Part shown: one piece after another, positions 1-7,087 of the stretch
Layout: every line of letters begins with the position of its first letter
Numbering within the stretch: the stretch's first letter is position 1
Origin: a candidate division WOR-3 bacterium
GTDB taxonomy: Bacteria; Hydrothermota; Hydrothermia; JBDRYB01
Reading direction: 5' to 3'
Assembly: GCA_049969615.1 (NCBI GenBank)
Contig: JBMFOM010000071.1
Location: 1 to 10,591 of the forward strand
Length of the DNA: 10,591 nt
Notes under the pieces: generated by a model
Told to the model about the DNA's origin: nothing
What the model saw: the letters and a program-made list of their open reading frames with translations, nothing else
The model's database searches: none
Translations under genes and position numbers: made by a program

Positions 1-77
1 GGAGCAAGAACCCCGAATTTATTCGGGGATGCGGGGAGCCTCATGAGCGGAGCAAGAACCCCGAATTTATTCGGGGA
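1..77. repeat. Two identical 29-bp direct repeats (1-29, 49-77), each containing the palindrome CCCCGAAT-TT-ATTCGGGG; IS200/IS605 end-like or REP-like
   Basis: GGAGCAAGAACCCCGAATTTATTCGGGGA occurs at 1-29 and 49-77, separated by 19 nt (period 48). The first copy starts at the window edge, so the repeat may extend further left. Confidence 0.9.
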
Positions 78-354
78 GCTCACCTTTTATCAGTGAAATC
101 CGGAACCCAGATCGTCAAGGCCGGGGCCGAAAAGGGCCGGGTTTTGGCCTGGATCCGGCCAAAGATGTGGAGAAATGGTATTTTTTACTCGTATAAATGC
201 TGGTGACCCTGATAAAGCAGTAATAACTTATTGGTTTGAACCAGGGGCACTTTGTCCAAGGGAACAGGTTCTAAAGTGGTAGCATGGGATACAGCCCCCG
301 ATATATCTTGGTGACACGCTGATCCCGCGCGAGCATTAGCTTTATCCTTTGAGC

Positions 355-741
355 ATGAAAAAGCTCGGCTTCATGTTTTCTATGATCGTGTTGGCCTGCG
401 CCTCAGACAAGGCGGACACCCCCCTGTTCCGAGGTCCATATCCGAAGGCCCTCATCTTTGCTGAGGGTTCCTATTATGCCGAGGACGCGAGGGTCGCGGT
501 GAAAAACTTTATAAACCCGCTTCGGGCCGAGATTGAGGACAGCCTGGGCTTCAAACTGCGCGATGCTGAGTTCAGGGGCATAGCTTTTGAAGGCGACACA
601 ACGGTCTTTTGGTTCTTCTTTCCCGCGTTCGCTGGCCCCGTGCGCAAGCTTCACCCCATATATGCTGGCGCGTGGATATACCTGGTTGTTCAGGCTGACA
701 CAGCGAGGGCAATCTATTTCAAGGGGTTGCCCTGGGAGTAG
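355..741 (+). CDS. Hypothetical protein, putative lipoprotein (128 aa)
   Basis: ATG at 355 gives MKKLGFMFSMIVLAC: basic n-region, hydrophobic h-region and lipobox-like VLA|C. TATCCT lies 6 nt upstream. No family recognised. Confidence 0.75.
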   Translation: MKKLGFMFSMIVLACASDKADTPLFRGPYPKALIFAEGSYYAEDARVAVKNFINPLRAEIEDSLGFKLRDAEFRGIAFEGDTTVFWFFFPAFAGPVRKLHPIYAGAWIYLVVQADTARAIYFKGLPWE

Positions 742-871
742 CAGGCACCCAGCGCTGTTGCTCGTCGTCCATCAGGAAATAACGTGCAAAACCAACCTGA
801 AACCTATCCCGTAAACCCGGCATTCGCCAGGGACCAATCCAGTGCGGTGGCGCCTGCTCGGGCCGCGAGAG

Positions 872-877
872 TATAAT
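872..877 (+). promoter_or_regulatory. Putative sigma70 -10 box for lptD
   Basis: Perfect TATAAT 10 nt before ATG 888; weak -35 candidate TGGCGC (848-853) at 18-nt spacing; no SD. Confidence 0.55.
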
Positions 878-887
878 CTCATTCCCA

Positions 888-3020
888 ATGCTCACGCTGG
901 TCCTGCTCCTTGCCCAGGCTCCGGATACATCCGGTTCCCAGGCCGTCAATTTCCTGGGCAAACACCTCCACTACGACGCGAGGGCCAAGATCGTTTATCT
1001 CGCGGACTCGTCTTGGATCCAGACCGGGGATGTGACCCTTACCGCTGACACGGTCATCCTCTGGCAGGAGCCACAGATAGTCCACTCTCACGGCAACTTC
1101 ACCCTGGTAACGGGCAGGAACATCACCAGGGGCGACAGCCTCAAATACTCCATAAAGACGGACAGGGGCATGGCCTTCACCTCAAGGGCCTTCATAGACA
1201 AAGGCTGGGTCAGGGGCAAGAAGATATACAAGATGTCAAAGACCGAGCTCTGCCTCCAGGCAGGGGATTTTACGACCTGCGAGAACGAGAAGCCACACTA
1301 CGTTTTCGTGGCTTACAGGATGCGTGTACTCCGGGACGACATAGCGGTTGTCTGGCCCCTGGTCTTTCGGATAGGGGACATCCCGGTCGCGGCCGCGCCT
1401 TTCTGGTTCTTTCCCATAAAGAGGGACAGGTCATCGGGTTTCCTGAGCCCAAAGGTTGGTTATCACTCTCAGGACGGCAAGTATTTCAGGAATGTCGCTT
1501 ATTACTGGGTTATCAACAATTATCTTGACCTAACCGTTGGGACTGACCTGTTGGAGAAACGAGGGCCACGGGTTTTCACCAACCTCGTCTATAACCGCTA
1601 CAAGAGCTTTGGCGGCAACATGCTCTTTACCTATGCCAATGACATCGCGGACAGCACATACCGCTGGAGCCTGGATGGGGTTCACTCCCAGACCCTCGCG
1701 GGTTTTGACATAGGCGCGCAGGCCTCGTTCCTGTCTGATGTGAATTACCGACAGGACTACTCCGAGGACAAGACCGAGTTCCTCCGCTCGGAGAGCTATT
1801 CGTATCTCTCTGTCTTCAGGATCATGGGCCCGACCGCCATCACCGCGACGGCAGACAGGAGGGATGACCTCATCAGGGGGGCAATGCAATCAAACCTTCC
1901 GGGCGTTGACCTTGTCCTCAACACCCAGACCAAGGGGCCGTTCAGCTTTGGTGGCTCATCCAGGTTCAGGCGCTCGGCCTGGCGTGACACGGCCAACGCG
2001 CCCACCGAGGACGCGCAGGCCGCGGACGCATCTGTTTCAGCAAACCTGCCCCAGTTCAGTCTTCTCAGGTACCTCAGGTTCACACCAGGGGTCTCAGGAA
2101 GGGCGGTCTGGTTCGCGCTGGATACCCTCGGTAACCCGAATCCATATCAGCTATCCTCCTCATTTTCACTGTCCGCGTCAACAGCGCTGTATGGGCTCAG
2201 TCAGTTAAGGGTTTGGCGCTTCAGCAAGTTCCTGCACACCCTGACGCCAACCGTAGCCCTGACCTTTTCGCCTAAGCCCACCGAGCTTTCGGTTAAACCG
2301 GTCGCTGGAATAGGCCAGTCATATGAGGAATTTTATCTGGGATACGGGCTTTCCAATACCTTTGAGGGCAAGTGGCAGAAGGACACGGGTTTCGCTAGGG
2401 TTCAGATCGCGACCCTTAACCTCAGCCAGAGCTATGATTTTCTCGCGGATTCCGCGCGGTTTTCGGATGTGGGGATCTCCCTGGAGCTCTTCCCCGGAGG
2501 CAGGATAGGGGGAATGGGCATGAGCTCCCGGATATCAGGACGCTACGGTGTATATGACGGCAGGATCAAGGACATAACCCTGACCAACGCGCTGTCATTT
2601 AGCCTTGTTCCTCCTTCCGATACTGCCGGAGCTGATACATCCGCGCGGGACACTGCCCTGACTGAGGATGAGGTCATAAAAGCGAACAAACCCAGGGTAG
2701 AACCCTGGTCTTTTTCTCTGGGCCACACATTCTCGCCCTCGGATTCCGTTGGGGTCCCGGACATCCACACCCTTGACTTCTCGGTGAGGGGAAACCTTTC
2801 GGTTGGTTGGGTCGCTTCCTATAGCGCAAAATATACTATCACGCAGGGTAAGATTCTGGATCAATCCCTTTCGCTGGTCCGAGACCTCCACTGCTGGAGG
2901 ATGGACTTCAGATGGAACACCTTCGGAAACGCGTGGGTCTATAACCTCTCGTTCGTGATCAAGAACCTTCCGGACATAGAGATCAAGCGTGGATTCTTTG
3001 ATCTCTTTTTGCCGAGATAG
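888..3020 (+). CDS. lptD: LPS-assembly outer-membrane protein LptD (OstA) family, 710 aa
   Basis: N-terminal OstA-like beta-jellyroll pattern; FTTC...PHY motif; P-F-W-F-F-P...RSSGFLSP signature; alternating hydrophobic beta-barrel strands; C-terminal RDLHCW carrying the conserved disulfide Cys. Confidence 0.9.
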   Translation: MLTLVLLLAQAPDTSGSQAVNFLGKHLHYDARAKIVYLADSSWIQTGDVTLTADTVILWQEPQIVHSHGNFTLVTGRNITRGDSLKYSIKTDRGMAFTSRAFIDKGWVRGKKIYKMSKTELCLQAGDFTTCENEKPHYVFVAYRMRVLRDDIAVVWPLVFRIGDIPVAAAPFWFFPIKRDRSSGFLSPKVGYHSQDGKYFRNVAYYWVINNYLDLTVGTDLLEKRGPRVFTNLVYNRYKSFGGNMLFTYANDIADSTYRWSLDGVHSQTLAGFDIGAQASFLSDVNYRQDYSEDKTEFLRSESYSYLSVFRIMGPTAITATADRRDDLIRGAMQSNLPGVDLVLNTQTKGPFSFGGSSRFRRSAWRDTANAPTEDAQAADASVSANLPQFSLLRYLRFTPGVSGRAVWFALDTLGNPNPYQLSSSFSLSASTALYGLSQLRVWRFSKFLHTLTPTVALTFSPKPTELSVKPVAGIGQSYEEFYLGYGLSNTFEGKWQKDTGFARVQIATLNLSQSYDFLADSARFSDVGISLELFPGGRIGGMGMSSRISGRYGVYDGRIKDITLTNALSFSLVPPSDTAGADTSARDTALTEDEVIKANKPRVEPWSFSLGHTFSPSDSVGVPDIHTLDFSVRGNLSVGWVASYSAKYTITQGKILDQSLSLVRDLHCWRMDFRWNTFGNAWVYNLSFVIKNLPDIEIKRGFFDLFLPR

Positions 3021-3068
3021 CCCAGCGTTGAGTATAAGACCATTTTATTTTAGGGAGGGACTACGATC

Positions 3069-3098
3069 TTGTCCCCCATTAACGCCCGGAATTAAAAT
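3069..3098 (+). promoter_or_regulatory. Putative sigma70 promoter for the ferredoxin/oxidoreductase alpha genes
   Basis: TTGTCC (3069-3074), 18-nt spacer, TAAAAT (3093-3098), then 6 nt to TTG 3105. Confidence 0.6.
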
Positions 3099-3104
3099 TT
3101 ACGC

Positions 3105-3335
3105 TTGAACAAAACATTCTCTGTCGTCCTCATCCAGGAGCTCTGCAAGGGCTGTTACATCTGCGTGGAAATGTGCCCGAAGAGTGTCTTTTCGGTGGAG
3201 GATGAACCGGGCCCGGGCGGGTTCAAACCCGTCAGGGTGGCCAGGCCCGAAAACTGCAACGGCTGTCAGCTCTGCGTGATATATTGCCCCGACTTCGCAA
3301 CGGAGGTGAGCGAACTTGCCACCGAAAAGGTTTGA
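3105..3335 (+). CDS. korD: 2x[4Fe-4S] ferredoxin, delta subunit of 2-oxoacid:ferredoxin oxidoreductase (KorD/OorD-like)
   Basis: Two CxxCxxCxxxCP motifs (CKGCYICVEMCP, CNGCQLCVIYCPDFA); overlaps the alpha-subunit gene by 20 nt. Confidence 0.92.
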   Translation: MNKTFSVVLIQELCKGCYICVEMCPKSVFSVEDEPGPGGFKPVRVARPENCNGCQLCVIYCPDFATEVSELATEKV

Positions 3336-4452
3336 GACACCGATAAAACATGGCCCCGGTTTCATGCAGGGGAACGAGGCCGCCGCGGAGGCCTTGTTCT
3401 GCGCTGGAGTGCGTTTCTTCGGCGGATACCCAATAACACCGGCATCAGAGATCATGTATACGGTTGAGCGGAGGTTCAGGGAATCCGGAGCCGTTTTCCT
3501 CCAGGCGGAGGACGAGATAGCCGCGATATCCGCTGTAATAGGTGCTTCTTGGGGAGGGGCGAAGGCCGCGACCGCGACCTCTGGCCCGGGGTTCTCGCTC
3601 ATGGTTGAGAACCTCGGCTACGCCATAATAACCGAGACCCCAATGGTCTTGATAGATGTCCAGCGCGCTGGCCCGGCCACAGGCCAGGCCACCAGGCCAT
3701 CTCAATCAGACATATATCAGGTCAGGTGGGGCACCCAAGGGGATTACGAGCTCATAGTCCTTTATCCGTGGTCTGTCCAGGAACTCTTTGACCTGACGAT
3801 AAGAGCGGTTTCCTTGTCCGAGAGGTTCCGTGTCCCCGTGATAGTCCTCACCGAGGAAAACGTTGGCCACCTTCGGGAGAACATCACGATTCCAGAGGAA
3901 GTTGAGGTCTATGAAAGGGACAAGGAAGGGGATGGTCCTCCGTTTGACACGGACGAGAAGCGGGTTGGGAGGATGCCCTCGTTCGGTGATGGCGAGGCCC
4001 TTCTGGTCACAGGTTCAACCCACGACCCCTGGGGCTGGAGAAAGACCCAGGACCCCGATGCGCAGGAGCGGCTGATAAGACACCTAGTGGGCAAGATACT
4101 CAACAACAGGGCGGAGGTGGACGACTGGGAATCCTACATGCTGGACGACGCGGAAACGCTTATATTCTCCGCGGGGGTATCCGCGAGGGCGAGCCTCGCC
4201 GCGGCGAAACAACTCAGAAGAGAGGGAATAAGGGTTGGCCTTATCCGCGCCAGGACCCTCTGGCCCTTCCCGGAGCTGGGGAATGTGTTCTCAAGGTTTG
4301 AAAGGATATTCGTGCCGGAAATGAACACGGGCAGGCTCTCCGAGGAGGTCAAGAAGCGCCACCGCGGCCAGGTGATCGGCATAAACAAGCTCAACGCGAG
4401 GGCTATAACGCCGAGCGAGATAGTGAAATGTGTCTTGAGGTCGTGCCGTTGA
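3316..4452 (+). CDS. korA: 2-oxoacid:acceptor (ferredoxin) oxidoreductase alpha subunit, KorA/OorA-like
   Basis: GNEA, GYPITPASEI, QAEDEIAA, ATSGPGFSLM, QRAGPATG and EMNxG motifs; SD GGAGGTGA (3302-3309) before TTG 3316. Substrate specificity cannot be determined from the sequence by eye. Confidence 0.93.
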   Translation: MPPKRFETPIKHGPGFMQGNEAAAEALFCAGVRFFGGYPITPASEIMYTVERRFRESGAVFLQAEDEIAAISAVIGASWGGAKAATATSGPGFSLMVENLGYAIITETPMVLIDVQRAGPATGQATRPSQSDIYQVRWGTQGDYELIVLYPWSVQELFDLTIRAVSLSERFRVPVIVLTEENVGHLRENITIPEEVEVYERDKEGDGPPFDTDEKRVGRMPSFGDGEALLVTGSTHDPWGWRKTQDPDAQERLIRHLVGKILNNRAEVDDWESYMLDDAETLIFSAGVSARASLAAAKQLRREGIRVGLIRARTLWPFPELGNVFSRFERIFVPEMNTGRLSEEVKKRHRGQVIGINKLNARAITPSEIVKCVLRSCR

Positions 4453-4478
4453 ATTCCTACACCCAAAGAGCCTATAAT
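4449..4478 (+). promoter_or_regulatory. Putative strong sigma70 promoter upstream of the small ORF and purF-purM-ogt
   Basis: TTGAAT (4449-4454, overlapping the korA stop), 18-nt spacer, perfect TATAAT (4473-4478). Confidence 0.65.
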
Positions 4479-4488
4479 TTTGGTGAAC

Positions 4489-4764
4489 ATGGAGACGAAG
4501 GATAACGAAACCAGAATTTTAGAGTTCCCGAAAAGGGGACTAATGGAGATATACGCGGGAAGGATTTTCAAAAAAGCAGGGGTTGGGATCATAGCCTTAC
4601 AGGAATACGGCCATACTCAGAGTTCAGGGAGCGGTTTGTTTTCAAGGATTATGAATCAATTATTCGTTATTATGGGGAGGTTGTGGGGAAGGATTTCTTC
4701 GCCTGGGAACCACTCTGATGTGCGGACTCTTCGGCATATCCAGCCCAAAAGCGAAGCTCGCTGA
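4489..4764 (+). CDS. Hypothetical small protein (~91 aa), or an untranslated purF leader
   Basis: Open frame fills the korA-purF gap directly after the promoter (ATG 4489; alternative starts TTG 4480, GTG 4483). Overlaps purF by 47 nt and has no recognisable motif. Confidence 0.45.
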   Translation: METKDNETRILEFPKRGLMEIYAGRIFKKAGVGIIALQEYGHTQSSGSGLFSRIMNQLFVIMGRLWGRISSPGNHSDVRTLRHIQPKSEAR

Positions 4765-6094
4765 CCTCGTCGCGCAGGGGCTTTTCGCCCTGCAGCACCG
4801 GGGACAGGAGGCCGCTGGAATGGCCCTCTATGACGGAAATGAAATCAAGGCGCATAGGGGGATAGGGCTTGTCCCGCAGGTCATGTTCCATAACCCCCTC
4901 AGGGATACTGAGGCTACTGTCGCCATAGGCCATACCCGTTATTCAACCCACGGCGCCTCAGCGCTCGCGAACGCCCAGCCGTTCGTCGCGGTTCACAGGG
5001 GAACCCGCTACGCTATAGCCCACAACGGAAACCTCTCAAACGCGAACGAGCTCATGGCCAGGCTTGAGGAGCGGGGAATGATATTCTCAACGGATTCGGA
5101 CACAGAGGCCCTTCTCAAGATGTATGTGACCGCGGAGGGCGAACCCGCAGAGCGCCTTAACGCGGTTGCGAGATCATTCACGGGCGCGTATTCTTTGCTG
5201 ATAATGCAGGACGACCTCCTGGTCGCTGTCCGAGACCCACACGGGTTCAGACCGCTTTGGCTCGGAAGGCTGGGAGACGTGATCGTCCTATCCTCCGAGG
5301 ATTCGGCATTCAACCTGCTGGGCGCGGAACCCATCCGCGAGATGGAAAGGGGCGAAATACTGGTCTTTCGTGAGGGGCGGGAGCTGGCCAGCTCCAGAAT
5401 AGACCTGGAACTGCCGGAGGCGCAGTGTGTCTTTGAACTCATTTATTTCGGCAGGCCGGACAGCTGGCTTTTTGGACACGGCGCGTACGTGTTCCGAAAG
5501 GCCTGCGGCAGGGCCCTTGCAGGGTGCGAGGATAGAGACATAGACATGGTTTCGCCCGTGCCGGACTCCGGGCTCCCCGCGGCGCTCGGTTTCTCCGAGG
5601 CCTCTGGCAGGCCCCTTGAGATGTCCCTCATCAGAAACCACTATGTTGGCAGAAGCTTCATCCAGCCCTCGCCCATCTCACGCCGCGAGGTCGTCAGGAA
5701 CAAGCTCCTTCCCCTCCGCGGGGTGCTTGAGGGCGCGAGTATAGCCCTGGTTGATGACAGCATAGTAAGGGGAACGACCAGCAGGCTCATCGTTGAATTG
5801 CTACGGGACTTTGGCGCGCGTGAGGTTCACCTCCGCATAGCGTCCCCGCCGTTAACGCATCCGTGTTTCTTTGGCATAGATATGCCGACCAGAGAGGAAC
5901 TGCTCGCTTCCAGCCGTTCCATAGACGAGATACGGGATTTCCTGGGCGCGGATTCGGTCAGATACCTGGGCATAAGCGATCTCAGGGCAATCCTGGGTGA
6001 TTCTGCGGACCGTTTCTGCTACGCGTGCTTCAACGGGGAATACCCGCCCTATTCCCTGCCCAGCCGTGAGCCTTACAGGAGGATAAGGAAGTGA
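4718..6094 (+). CDS. purF: Amidophosphoribosyltransferase
   Basis: N-terminal MCG (catalytic Cys), QHRGQEAAG, GHTRYST, HNGNL, RDPHGFRPL, PRPP loop VDDSIVRGTT. All four Cys of the Bacillus-type 4Fe-4S cluster are present (CVFE, PCFFG, CYAC). Confidence 0.98.
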   Translation: MCGLFGISSPKAKLADLVAQGLFALQHRGQEAAGMALYDGNEIKAHRGIGLVPQVMFHNPLRDTEATVAIGHTRYSTHGASALANAQPFVAVHRGTRYAIAHNGNLSNANELMARLEERGMIFSTDSDTEALLKMYVTAEGEPAERLNAVARSFTGAYSLLIMQDDLLVAVRDPHGFRPLWLGRLGDVIVLSSEDSAFNLLGAEPIREMERGEILVFREGRELASSRIDLELPEAQCVFELIYFGRPDSWLFGHGAYVFRKACGRALAGCEDRDIDMVSPVPDSGLPAALGFSEASGRPLEMSLIRNHYVGRSFIQPSPISRREVVRNKLLPLRGVLEGASIALVDDSIVRGTTSRLIVELLRDFGAREVHLRIASPPLTHPCFFGIDMPTREELLASSRSIDEIRDFLGADSVRYLGISDLRAILGDSADRFCYACFNGEYPPYSLPSREPYRRIRK

Positions 6095-6118
6095 ACGAAC
6101 AACCACAGGAGATTGAGG

Positions 6119-7087
6119 ATGAGATATAAGGACTCTGGAGTGGACACAGCCAAGGGCGATGAGCTCGTGGAATTTCTGAGGAAGCTGAACCCGGATATAG
6201 GCGGGTTTGGGGGCGCTTTCCCGGCCGATTTCCTCAGGGATTATGTTAACCCGGTTCTCGTTGCCTCAACGGACAGCATAGGAACAAAGGTTCTTTTGGG
6301 TCTGAGGACAGGCCTCCTGGACGGACTGGGATATGATCTGGTTGGAATGGTCGTCAACGACATAGCGGTGATGAACGCGAGGCCCCTGTTTTTCCTGGAC
6401 TACTATGCGACCGGCAGGCTTGACCTGGATATGGCGAAAAGGCTACTCTCTACGGTTGTGAAGGCCCTCTCGGAGATAGACTGCGTGCTCCTGGGCGGGG
6501 AGACAGCGGAACTCCCCGGCCTGATGGAGGACTTTGAGATAGCCGGGTTCGTAGTCGGAATCGCAGAGAGGGACACTATGCCGAAGAAGGAGAGCGTCAA
6601 GCCCGGAATGAGGGTCCTGGGCCTTCGGTCCTCTGGCCCACACTCAAACGGCTATTCCCTGATACGCAAGGTCTTTGAGGACAAGCGCATCCCCGATGAT
6701 CTCGCCAAAGCCCTCATGGCCCCGACAACGCTCTATGTCAAGCAATGCCTCAGAGCATTTGAGCTCGGCGCGGTCGCGGCCGCGCACATTACCGGCGGCG
6801 GCATCCCCGGAAACCTGGTCAGGGTCCTGCCCAATGGCCTCGGAGCGGTGGTTCGCCTGCCGGAGATTCCAGAGGTTTTCAGGACAATCCAGGATCAAGG
6901 GGGCATCCCCTCCGAGGAAATGGCCTCTGTGTTCAACCTGGGATGGGGAATGCTGTTCATAGCGCCAGAGGCCGAGGCGGAAGGGATAATCCGGGAGCTG
7001 GGTGCGGTTGACCTGGGATGGATAACCGAGGGCGAGAGGGGCGTGAAGATTGACTGGCCAGGGTTTGGAGGACAACATGGACTTTGA
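6119..7087 (+). CDS. purM: Phosphoribosylformylglycinamidine cyclo-ligase (AIR synthetase)
   Basis: YKDSGVD, IGGFGG, TDSIGTK, PLFFLDY, GGETAELP, SSGPHSNGYSL, HITGGG, FNLG motifs; AGGAG at 6107-6111 favours ATG 6119 over TTG 6113. Confidence 0.97.
   Translation: MRYKDSGVDTAKGDELVEFLRKLNPDIGGFGGAFPADFLRDYVNPVLVASTDSIGTKVLLGLRTGLLDGLGYDLVGMVVNDIAVMNARPLFFLDYYATGRLDLDMAKRLLSTVVKALSEIDCVLLGGETAELPGLMEDFEIAGFVVGIAERDTMPKKESVKPGMRVLGLRSSGPHSNGYSLIRKVFEDKRIPDDLAKALMAPTTLYVKQCLRAFELGAVAAAHITGGGIPGNLVRVLPNGLGAVVRLPEIPEVFRTIQDQGGIPSEEMASVFNLGWGMLFIAPEAEAEGIIRELGAVDLGWITEGERGVKIDWPGFGGQHGL

Noticed and set aside
1..77. CRISPR array (29-bp repeats with a CCCCG/CGGGG stem, superficially like type I-E)
   Set aside because: Only two copies visible, the 19-nt spacer is too short and partly repeats the unit (CGGGGAGC), repeat termini do not match typical GT...AAC/CCG ends, and there are no cas genes in the window.
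2608..2705. Low-complexity Asp/Thr/Ala-rich segment in LptD as an insertion element or intein
   Set aside because: About 30 in-frame residues with no splicing motifs; fits a variable barrel loop.
3053..3077. GGGAC/GTCCC hairpin after lptD as a terminator
   Set aside because: Short stem, 9-nt loop and no following U-tract; the right arm is better explained as the -35 box.
4694..4710. ZTP (pfl) riboswitch, suggested by CGCCTGGG just upstream of purF
   Set aside because: The required upstream GACTGGCG pseudoknot partner is absent; there is no GGCG in 4480-4700. No purine or PRPP riboswitch core recognised either.
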